43,116 bases of DNA from a virus (taxonomy: Duplodnaviria > Caudoviricetes). A program made the translations under genes and the position numbers. The stretch's first letter is position 1. Each line of letters starts with the position of its first letter. The DNA is taken from the IMG/VR virus record IMGVR_UViG_3300004241_000007, positions 1 to 43,116 of that record; one strand, written 5' to 3'. The notes beneath the pieces were generated by a model that was not told the origin of the DNA, ran no database searches, and worked only from the letters and a program-made list of their open reading frames with translations. Shown here piece after piece: positions 1 through 7,855 of this stretch.

Positions 1-60
1 TAAAAAACTTTAGTCAAAAGCGTTTACATATAGTTACTATTATGGTATACTATATATATA
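1..60. repeat. 60-bp direct terminal repeat, left copy (probable circular assembly overlap)
   Basis: Bases 1-60 are identical to 43057-43116. Confidence 0.95.
23..51 (+). promoter_or_regulatory. Sigma-A-type early promoter P1
   Basis: TTTACA (23-28), 17-bp spacer containing TAGTTA, TG-n-TATACT (46-51). Confidence 0.85.
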
Positions 61-90
61 TAAGGAAAAACAATTCCTTAGGAGGAAATT

Positions 91-285
91 ATGAGAAGGT
101 TTGAATATATGGTCGAAGATGATTTGTTAAATGGCTATGCAACATTTGTCTCTCTCAAAGCGGCACGTGAATATGCAAAGCAGACATTGACACTTCCAAA
201 TGTTAAAATGGTTACTTTGATTAAATGGGACATAAAAAATGATTGTATGGTTGACACTTTTGATGAAGAAATTTATACAAAATAA
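91..285 (+). CDS. Small early protein, unknown function
   Basis: GGAGGAAATTATG start directly downstream of P1; 64 aa. Confidence 0.85.
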   Translation: MRRFEYMVEDDLLNGYATFVSLKAAREYAKQTLTLPNVKMVTLIKWDIKNDCMVDTFDEEIYTK

Positions 286-305
286 TTGAAATAATTAAAA
301 AACTT

Positions 306-338
306 CTCGAGTAATGCATTTCCCTACTCGGGTTTTTT
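306..338 (+). terminator. Conserved CTCGAGTAATGCA hairpin with T-tract
   Basis: CTCGAGTA/TACTCGGG stem followed by TTTTTT; one of four related copies. Confidence 0.7.
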
Positions 339-360
339 ATTCAAAAAATGAACTGGGCCG

Positions 361-530
361 AATGTAATGAAATGAAATGTAATGTAATGAAACAAAATGT
401 AATGTAAGAAAATGTAACAAATTTGTAACGAAATGTAACAAAACTGAGATTTATGAAAAATCTTACATGTAACAAAATGTAAGAAAACTGAGAAAATGTA
501 AGATTTTACATTTAATGTAAAAATTTTCAT
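361..530. repeat. TGTAA/AATGT-rich low-complexity spacer
   Basis: Degenerate AATGT/AATGA pentamers; TGTAA-GATT-TTACA at 497-510. Confidence 0.75.
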
Positions 531-551
531 AAAAATATTTTAAAATAATTG

Positions 552-580
552 TTTACAAATAGTTAATTATGTGATATAAT
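552..580 (+). promoter_or_regulatory. Early promoter P2
   Basis: TTTACA-17 bp (AATAGTTAATT...)-TATAAT with extended -10 TG. Confidence 0.85.
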
Positions 581-613
581 GTATATATAAGGAAAAACCT
601 TATGGAGGAAATT

Positions 614-1048
614 ATGTATAAATATCATGAATTGTTGGAAATTAATAAGGCATTAAGAATTTCAAAAGATAATTATAAGAAAATTTTGAATAGTTTTCCA
701 AATGATGAAGTGACATTAAATAAAATTGAAGTTATTGATGAATTATTAAATGGTGAGTTTAAAAGAAATTTATTTGATGAAGAAGAAGTTGATTATATTT
801 CTGAATTATTGGAAGTAAAATTTGATAAAGAAGTTGATAAAATTTGGTTAGATTTATTTCAAAATAAATTGAAAACCGGTCAACCATTTTCAGATTTTGA
901 AAAATTTATTTTATTAGATATAACAAAAGAAGAATTAAAAGAAATAAATCAGAATGAAAAAGATGGAAAATATAAAGTTGGTTATGGGAATTATATAAGT
1001 GATGTGTTTGTTATTTCAGAAATTATTGAAAAAATAAATCTAGGTTAA
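614..1048 (+). CDS. Acidic early protein, unknown function
   Basis: GGAGGAAATTATG places the start at 614; C-terminal half resembles the 1323-1610 product. Confidence 0.85.
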   Translation: MYKYHELLEINKALRISKDNYKKILNSFPNDEVTLNKIEVIDELLNGEFKRNLFDEEEVDYISELLEVKFDKEVDKIWLDLFQNKLKTGQPFSDFEKFILLDITKEELKEINQNEKDGKYKVGYGNYISDVFVISEIIEKINLG

Positions 1049-1058
1049 TTTGAAAAAT

Positions 1059-1085
1059 CTCAAGTAATGCAGTTTGTTACTTGGG
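1059..1085 (+). terminator. Second copy of the conserved post-gene hairpin
   Basis: CTCAAGTAA/TTACTTGGG; compensatory change relative to CTCGAGTAA/TTACTCGAG. Confidence 0.6.
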
Positions 1086-1115
1086 AATTTTCATGAAAAA
1101 AATGAAAACCCTTAC

Positions 1116-1240
1116 ATGTAATGTAATGTAATGTAATGTAATGTAAAATTTACATAAAAATGTAAAATCTTACATGTAAGGAAATGTAATAAACTCGAAA
1201 AAATGTAACAAATTTTCATAAAATGTAAAAATTTACATAA
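1116..1240. repeat. (ATGTA)6 microsatellite and TGTAA-N4-TTACA palindromes
   Basis: Six ATGTA units at 1116-1145; palindromes at 1161-1174 and 1224-1237. Confidence 0.8.
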
Positions 1241-1259
1241 AAAACTTTTATAAAAAGCC

Positions 1260-1288
1260 TTTACAAATAGTTAATTATAATATATAAT
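1260..1288 (+). promoter_or_regulatory. Early promoter P3
   Basis: TTTACA-17 bp-TATAAT with TAGTTAA in the spacer. Confidence 0.85.
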
Positions 1289-1322
1289 GTATATATAATC
1301 AAATATGATTATGGGAGAAATT

Positions 1323-1610
1323 ATGAAATTAAATTATGAAGAACTTGAGTATGTTGAGAATTTAATAGGTCTTGAGCAAAGCCCATTTTTACAACTTAAT
1401 ACAAATAAAGCTTATACAGATTTTCTTGAAAATATTTATGAAAAACTTGTCAAAAATGAAAAATTGACAATTGGTGAAAAAAATATTTTAATAAGTTTAA
1501 TAAAGGCCGATGACGAAAATATTTTAAATATGTTTAAAAATAATATAATTGATGACTTTGGTTTTGAAAGCAGTTTGGAATTTACCGAAAATTTAATAAA
1601 AAAATTTTAA
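1323..1610 (+). CDS. Acidic early protein, unknown function
   Basis: GGGAGAAATTATG start at 1323. Confidence 0.85.
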   Translation: MKLNYEELEYVENLIGLEQSPFLQLNTNKAYTDFLENIYEKLVKNEKLTIGEKNILISLIKADDENILNMFKNNIIDDFGFESSLEFTENLIKKF

Positions 1611-1618
1611 AAAAAGCG

Positions 1619-1647
1619 TTTACAAGTAGTTAATTATATGATATAAT
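1619..1647 (+). promoter_or_regulatory. Early promoter P4
   Basis: TTTACA-17 bp-TATAAT with TAGTTAA in the spacer. Confidence 0.85.
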
Positions 1648-1681
1648 GTATATATAATCAAATATGGTTATGGAGGAAATT

Positions 1682-1978
1682 ATGAACAAAGTTGATGAAA
1701 TTATGAATATGCAAACTAGCAAACAAGATTTTGATTTAATTATTAAAATTGTTGCTCGTGCACAAGATTTGGGTTTAATTATTGAAACTCGAGAAGTTAT
1801 GCCGCTAATTATGGACTTGGACAATACTCACAAAATTTGCCCACTTGATTTATTTGCTTTATTAAATTATTTTAATAATTTCAGTTTCGCACATGATATT
1901 TATGGCATTCAACAAAACTTTAATAGAAAAACTTATGAAATTGATAATTGTTTCTTGCCAAGATGTGCAAAAAAATAA
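1682..1978 (+). CDS. Conserved phage protein (DUF6874-like)
   Basis: Motifs MDL..TH..CPLDL..LL, F.HDIYGI..N.NR.T, NCFLPR; GGAGG RBS. Confidence 0.75.
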   Translation: MNKVDEIMNMQTSKQDFDLIIKIVARAQDLGLIIETREVMPLIMDLDNTHKICPLDLFALLNYFNNFSFAHDIYGIQQNFNRKTYEIDNCFLPRCAKK

Positions 1979-1988
1979 AATAAAAAAT

Positions 1989-2008
1989 GGCGGCTGAAAA
2001 AAGCCGCC
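1989..2008. terminator. GC hairpin, probable terminator (possibly minus-strand or bidirectional)
   Basis: GGCGGCT-GAAAAA-AGCCGCC preceded by A-tracts. Confidence 0.65.
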
Positions 2009-2046
2009 TAATATTATTAAAAAAAATATATAAATTATATTGCAAA

Positions 2047-2168
2047 AAGTTAATGAGTTAATAAAGTTAATGAAGTTAATGTTTTTGCGCTTAGAAATAT
2101 TAAAATAAAAATATATATATACGAAATAAAGTTCATTAACTTATTAACTTGATTAACTTCATTAACTT
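2047..2168. repeat. Inverted iteron element A (candidate replication origin)
   Basis: Four AAGTTAATG-like repeats, a 52-bp AT-rich core, then four CATTAACTT-like repeats. Confidence 0.8.
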
Positions 2169-2199
2169 TTTTAGCCAAAAATTTACGCCTGTAAAAAAA

Positions 2200-2845
2200 T
2201 GTAATATAATGAAACTATAAATGTAAGAAAATGTAACCGGTTTATATAAGTTACAAAATCTTACATTTAGTTACATTTATGTAAACAGTTACATTTGTTG
2301 TAAAACTTTACATTAGTAATGTAAAACCTTACATTTGGTTATGTAAAATAATGTAACGTAATGTAACGCCTTACATTTGGTAATGTAACACCTTACATTG
2401 TTATGTAACACTTTACATATTATATGTAACTGTTTACATATTATATGTAACTGTTTACATTATACATGTAACAATTTACATTTATAAATGTAAAACATTA
2501 CATTATGGTTGTAACAAAATGTAAAAAATATGTAAATAAATGTAATAATTTATGTAAATAAATGTAACAAAATGTAAAACTTTACATAAATTGTTGTAAA
2601 TTATTACATAAATAAATGTAAATTTTTACATAAATGTTGTAACAAAATGTAACGCTTATGTAAATAAATGTAATAAACATGTAACTGTTACATGGGCAAT
2701 GTAAATTGTTTCATAAATAAAATGTAAATTGTTTCAGGTTTATGAAAATTGTTACATAAAATTTATGTAAATGTTTCATAAATAAAATGTAAATGTTTCA
2801 TGGTCCAATGTAACTTGTTACATGAAATGTAACAAAATGTAACAA
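2200..2845. repeat. Phased TGTAA / TGTAA-N4-TTACA array
   Basis: Palindromes start at 2280, 2299, 2320, 2362, 2384, 2404, 2425, 2446, 2467, 2489, 2573, 2595 and 2617. Confidence 0.9.
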
Positions 2846-2932
2846 AAGCAGTTGAGTTGGGACGCCCGTCACGGGTGGCATCGTGCAACATTAATTTGAT
2901 GGGTCCGCTAAACGTTAACAAAGGAGAAACGC

Positions 2933-3478
2933 ATGACGCGATTGAGCTATACAACCAAGAAGTTTAATTTTACTACACCTGAAGAACTTCAGGACAAGAT
3001 GATTGAGTATCTCGAAAATATTGATAAGTTGAATGCTGACTACACGACCAAGTTTTGTAAGAATTGCGGGTTTGTCTACAGTGATGTTGATACACAGTGT
3101 TGTGATGAACCTAACATCGAGTACCGCCTTGTCCACAAACCGACGTATGAGTATGTTCGTCCAACTGTGTTCGGGTTTGTAAGTTATATCGGTATGGGTA
3201 TCAGTACGTATTATTTATATAAGACGCGCGAAGGCTTCGATGAGGTCGTAGAATGGTTCAGTACTATCTTACAAATGGAGCTTGAACAACTCCTACTTAA
3301 TCCGTTCAACCGTAACGTCGGTGGGGCGAAATTCGTAGCAGTTAATAACTTCGGTTGGAAAGATAAGACATACGTCGAACAGGTCGATGCGGGCAAAGTT
3401 GTGTTCGTGAACGACATATCGAAACTTGTAACGAACGAAGAAAATCTACGAATTGAGGAGGACACAGATGGAGATTAA
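2933..3478 (+). CDS. terS: Terminase small subunit (gp3 packaging-like) with Cys-rich insertion
   Basis: Directly upstream of terL; PTxxGxxxxxG..T...Y HTH-like pattern; AKF...NNFGWKDK C-terminus; AAGGAG RBS. Confidence 0.85.
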   Translation: MTRLSYTTKKFNFTTPEELQDKMIEYLENIDKLNADYTTKFCKNCGFVYSDVDTQCCDEPNIEYRLVHKPTYEYVRPTVFGFVSYIGMGISTYYLYKTREGFDEVVEWFSTILQMELEQLLLNPFNRNVGGAKFVAVNNFGWKDKTYVEQVDAGKVVFVNDISKLVTNEENLRIEEDTDGD

Positions 3479-4745
3479 ACTAACTGAGATTATTGCTCCA
3501 CATTTCTATAAAGTCGTTGATGACTTTCTAAACGAACGTCACTCACACTACTGGCTTGAAGGTGGGCGTGGGTCGACAAAATCTACAGTTGCGAGTATGC
3601 TGATAGTTCTAGGGATAGTCAACCACCCAGATGCGCATGCTGTCTGTACGAGAAAATATAAAACAGACCTACACGGCTCTGTCTATAGTCAAATGATAAA
3701 ATCAATCCACTTACTCGGACTAGACCACATGTTCAAGGTCTCTGCTCGAGATGACGGTGCACCACCTATTACTTATAAACCAACAGGTCAGAAAATATTC
3801 TTCGCGGGCCTAGACGACCCCGAAGGCATCAAGTCACTCACTTCAACCTTTGGTTACATCAAATACTCATGGTACGAGGAAATACATCAATTATCAGGTA
3901 TGGACAAGATTCGTTCTGCTAACCAGACAATCCGACGTGGGTCAGACCAACGATTCATCACATTCTATACGTATAACCCACCCAGAAATAAAGGCTCATG
4001 GGTGAATCAAGAATCATTCCACCTAGGCAATAACCCTGACTTCGTCGTCAGCAAAACGAACTGGGAAATGATACCTGAAGCGCTTGCACTAAAATGGCTC
4101 GGTAAAGACTGGATGAAAGATGCACTCACACTCAAAGAACGTGACCCTAACGCATACTTACATGAATACATGGGTGTACCGGTTGGGTACGGCACAAACG
4201 TGTTTCCCAATATTGACATTAGAGATATGGACGATGAAGAGATTAAAACATTCGACAATGTCGTGGGCGGCATAGACTGGGGTTTCGCAAATGACCCTGT
4301 CTCATATACTCGCTCACACTTCGATAAGCGCAGTAGAGTACTTTATATTTTTGATGAGATATACGCTATAGAGATAATGAACAGACAGTTGGCCTATAAA
4401 ATACTACTCAAAGCACCGTATGATGAACTCATCATCTGTGACAGTGCAGAACCGAAGTCAATCTCAGAAATAAAATCTGCAGGGTTGTCAAAGGCAGTGG
4501 GTGCTAAAAAAGGTCCAGGGTCAGTTGAGTCCGGTACTAAATTCTTGCAAGAACTTTCACTTATAGTCATCGACAAAAAACGTTGTCCGAACACAGCGAG
4601 TGAGTTTCTCAATGCAGAGTTTGATATAGATAGATTTGGAAACGTCGTGAATAGAATCGCAGATAAGAATAACCATAGTATCGACGGCATTCGGTATCGT
4701 ATGGAGAAAGAAATGAAGCGCAAGAGCGGCTGGGGTACAAGATGA
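3468..4745 (+). CDS. terL: Terminase large subunit, PBSX/SPP1 family
   Basis: Walker A GGRGSTKS, Walker B WYEE, coupling motif TYNPP, nuclease motifs GIDWG..DP and NHSIDGIRY. Confidence 0.95.
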   Translation: MEIKLTEIIAPHFYKVVDDFLNERHSHYWLEGGRGSTKSTVASMLIVLGIVNHPDAHAVCTRKYKTDLHGSVYSQMIKSIHLLGLDHMFKVSARDDGAPPITYKPTGQKIFFAGLDDPEGIKSLTSTFGYIKYSWYEEIHQLSGMDKIRSANQTIRRGSDQRFITFYTYNPPRNKGSWVNQESFHLGNNPDFVVSKTNWEMIPEALALKWLGKDWMKDALTLKERDPNAYLHEYMGVPVGYGTNVFPNIDIRDMDDEEIKTFDNVVGGIDWGFANDPVSYTRSHFDKRSRVLYIFDEIYAIEIMNRQLAYKILLKAPYDELIICDSAEPKSISEIKSAGLSKAVGAKKGPGSVESGTKFLQELSLIVIDKKRCPNTASEFLNAEFDIDRFGNVVNRIADKNNHSIDGIRYRMEKEMKRKSGWGTR

Positions 4746-5002
4746 AAAAATTTATGCTTATTTTGAAGAATGGTGTTACTATTACTATGTCAGACCAGGA
4801 TGTTGTGATTGTAGGAGGTGCTGTATGTAAAATTGAGGAATTACCCATCAGAATTATGAGATGCGAAAACTACGTGAATACGATACATCACGAAACAAAA
4901 GAAGTAAAAGTCGACTACTACGTCCCAGGTGATATTATAAGTTGGTGCTATGTTCAGGAGGTAATTGAAAATGAACAGACTTCAGATAAAGAGCAATCCT
5001 AA
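4742..5002 (+). CDS. Hypothetical protein
   Basis: ATGA overlap with the terL stop; 86 aa. Confidence 0.65.
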   Translation: MKKFMLILKNGVTITMSDQDVVIVGGAVCKIEELPIRIMRCENYVNTIHHETKEVKVDYYVPGDIISWCYVQEVIENEQTSDKEQS

Positions 5003-6476
5003 AATATTAGATAAGGTTATAAGTAAATTCTTAAACTCGCAAGAATTTAAGAATATGTTAGTTGTTGATAAGTATTACAACGCAGAAAATCAGGTCATCT
5101 TGAATCGTAAGAAAATGATGTTATTGTACAATGAAAAAGAAGAACAGTACATCACACCAGATTTAAGCAAAGCTAACCATAAGGTTATTCACGGTTTCTT
5201 GTTTGAGTTAATTAATCAAGCTAAGAACTATATCTGCGGTAAGCCTGTTAAAATTTCATTCAAAGATAACGTTAAACCTGATGACAAACTTAAAGTTATA
5301 TTGGACGACATCCTATATAAATATAACGCATGGGGATTATTCAATCAGGAAAATGTTAAGAATGCTCAAAAATACACAAGCGCATGGTCAAGGTTAGTTA
5401 TAGATAAAGAAGCTCATCTTCGTTTAATTAACGTCGATACAAAAGAGGTCATTCCATTCTATGACGACTTAGGCGATTTAGAATGTCTTGTACGATTATT
5501 TGAAAATGTAGAGTATGACGAAAACGGTGCTGAAGTAACTCGCAAATATGCAGAAGTCTACGACGAAATGTTCAAAGACCTGTATATCAAAAAAGGTTCA
5601 AAATTCGAATTGGTCCAAGCTGATATGCCTTTACTCGATAAATACGTTGAGTATGAAGTCGAAGACGGTATTGTTCAGATTAATTCAATACCACTATCTT
5701 GGGGTAAAATACCTTGGGTTGAATGGAAGTTTAACAATGATAGTATTGATGCTCTTAAACCTATTAAATCATTCATTGATTTATTGGACATAAACTTAAG
5801 TGACCTTGCGAACAACGTTGATGACATTCAAGAACTCATTTGGATTTTAGAGAATTATGAAGGTCAATCAATCCAAGAATTTATGGAAGACTTAAAGATT
5901 AAAAAAGCAATCAATGTGGGTGAAGGTGGCTCAGTCAAAACAGAGTCAGCAGAAATACCATTTGAAGCACGTATGAAGTTATACGATGCATGTGAAAAGA
6001 ATATCTATCGATTTGGTAGAGGTATAGATTTTGCCAAACGTGACCAGTTAGGTAACTCAACAGGTGTTGCATTAAAATGGAGTTATGGACCATTAGATGC
6101 TAAAGCAGATGAAATCGAACAGAATGGTCAACACGCTTTAGATAAGTTGTTTAATTTGATTTTCACTTACTTGTCTCACACGGGCTTAAATCTAAATGAG
6201 ATTGACAGTAACGATTTAGAATTTAGTTTTGACAGAACAATGATTACTAACGAAAAAGAAATCATCGAATCAGTCATCAGAAGTACTACACTCTTATCGT
6301 TGAAAACAGCATTAGACAAACACCCAATGGTTGACGATACTGACGAAGAATTATTAAGATTATTAGACCCAGTGTTTGGTAAACAGGAAGAGGTAAACGA
6401 TGACTCAACAGCAAATAAATCAAATGATGGCGAAGAAAAATCTAACGAGGGAGATGCTGGGTCAAAAGAAGATTAA
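4971..6476 (+). CDS. Portal protein, SPP1 gp6-like
   Basis: Size and position; YY...., KIPWVEW.NN, GNSTGVALK patterns; GGAGGT RBS favours ATG 4971. Confidence 0.92.
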   Translation: MNRLQIKSNPKILDKVISKFLNSQEFKNMLVVDKYYNAENQVILNRKKMMLLYNEKEEQYITPDLSKANHKVIHGFLFELINQAKNYICGKPVKISFKDNVKPDDKLKVILDDILYKYNAWGLFNQENVKNAQKYTSAWSRLVIDKEAHLRLINVDTKEVIPFYDDLGDLECLVRLFENVEYDENGAEVTRKYAEVYDEMFKDLYIKKGSKFELVQADMPLLDKYVEYEVEDGIVQINSIPLSWGKIPWVEWKFNNDSIDALKPIKSFIDLLDINLSDLANNVDDIQELIWILENYEGQSIQEFMEDLKIKKAINVGEGGSVKTESAEIPFEARMKLYDACEKNIYRFGRGIDFAKRDQLGNSTGVALKWSYGPLDAKADEIEQNGQHALDKLFNLIFTYLSHTGLNLNEIDSNDLEFSFDRTMITNEKEIIESVIRSTTLLSLKTALDKHPMVDDTDEELLRLLDPVFGKQEEVNDDSTANKSNDGEEKSNEGDAGSKED

Positions 6477-7188
6477 ACTTATCTACTTAAAGTATTTAAG
6501 ATTAATCGACGCTGAACTTAAAAAGTTCAAAACTAAAGACCCATTGTTTGTTGTCTTATTATACACAAAAATTTCCAAGCTGATAGATGAAATGTATAGA
6601 GAAATTAACGCGTACCTTGTAAAAGACTATAATGAGTTAATACGCGACAATTACACATTACTTTATCTATTAGCTGGAAACATAGCTCTGTCGATGCTGC
6701 CAAACACAACGAGTTTATTTTTTAATAAGAATATACAACAAACTATCTCTGGTGAGTTAAAAAATAACAAATTGTTATTAAAACAAAACGTTTATAACAA
6801 ATTATATGATTTTATTGATAGTGGTTATCAAACTTCACAAATTGATGATATAATTTATCATAGGAAGGACAAGCTGTTAAGCGGCGATGTCGCAAAAACG
6901 CTTAGACTTTATCGGACTGAATCTACACGAATTAGGACAGAATCAAAATTAGCAGCAATTGACAACGCAAGAAAACTCGGGTTTACAGTACGTAGACATT
7001 GGTTATACACTTGGGAGTCAATCAAACCTAGAGAAGAGCATGTTCTAAGCAATGGACTTCAAGAAAACGCACAAGGTTACTTTTCGATTAATGGTTATTT
7101 GACCAAAGGTCCAGGGTTATTCGGTGTAGCTTCTGAAGATATAAATTGTAGGTGTGATACAGAAATCTATGTTGACGGGCAACAATAA
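6400..7188 (+). CDS. Minor head morphogenesis protein (SPP1 gp7 / Mu F-like)
   Basis: RTE..R, W......R..H and EDINCRC motifs. Confidence 0.88.
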   Translation: MTQQQINQMMAKKNLTREMLGQKKIKLIYLKYLRLIDAELKKFKTKDPLFVVLLYTKISKLIDEMYREINAYLVKDYNELIRDNYTLLYLLAGNIALSMLPNTTSLFFNKNIQQTISGELKNNKLLLKQNVYNKLYDFIDSGYQTSQIDDIIYHRKDKLLSGDVAKTLRLYRTESTRIRTESKLAAIDNARKLGFTVRRHWLYTWESIKPREEHVLSNGLQENAQGYFSINGYLTKGPGLFGVASEDINCRCDTEIYVDGQQ

Positions 7189-7230
7189 AACTTGGAAACA
7201 GTCGATGGACTATAAACAGGAGAAATCAAA

Positions 7231-7842
7231 ATGCCAGAAGAAATCATTACGACTACAACAAGTACTACTCAGGTTGAACCACCTGTTGTTAAACCTATCA
7301 CTACTCCAGCTGTCCCAGAAGTTAAAACTGAAGTTGAGGGTTTAGAAGAAGGCACGGAACAACAAAAGAGCTATGTCAAGATTCGTGAAGACAAAGCAAA
7401 AGAAAAATTGTTAAAATCTTTAGGTGTTAAAACAGAAGAAGAGGCTCAGACAAAATTGAGCGAAGCTGCCGAAGCTCTCAAAAAAGTCAATGAGTTGGAA
7501 CGAAAATTGGCTAACGCTGAACTTGATAGAGTTAACTCTCAAAAGATTAGCAAATTAACCAAATTGTTAGATGACGAAAATGCATTTGACACAGAAGCAT
7601 TAATGCATTACATTGAGCTGGACAAAATAACGTTAGACGCATCAGGTAATGTATCAGACCCAGCTGGCATTATTACTGCATTGAAAACTATTAAACCTCA
7701 TTTCTTTGGTCAAACAAAGGTTAGAACTGATAATTATATTAAAGGTTCAAATCAGACTCAGACAAATACAGTTGAAGAAAAATACAAAACAGGTAATTAT
7801 GTTGGCGCAATTTCAGATTACTTAAAGGCAAACAAAAAATAA
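7231..7842 (+). CDS. Capsid scaffolding protein
   Basis: Acidic coiled-coil before the capsid gene; L....PHFF motif. Confidence 0.8.
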   Translation: MPEEIITTTTSTTQVEPPVVKPITTPAVPEVKTEVEGLEEGTEQQKSYVKIREDKAKEKLLKSLGVKTEEEAQTKLSEAAEALKKVNELERKLANAELDRVNSQKISKLTKLLDDENAFDTEALMHYIELDKITLDASGNVSDPAGIITALKTIKPHFFGQTKVRTDNYIKGSNQTQTNTVEEKYKTGNYVGAISDYLKANKK

Positions 7843-7855
7843 GGAGGCATAACTC

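Noticed and set aside
306-1085. Integron attC cassette array
   Set aside because: No integron integrase and no GTTRRRY/RYYYAAC core sites; each cassette has its own promoter.
2280-2502. CcpA cre sites or GlnR/TnrA boxes
   Set aside because: The central CG of cre is absent and the arm spacing is N4, not N7. A host regulator cannot be named from the sequence.
2280-2630. CRISPR array or mini-array
   Set aside because: Units are 14-bp palindromes with mostly 5-8 bp gaps; there are no spacer-length unique sequences and no cas operon.
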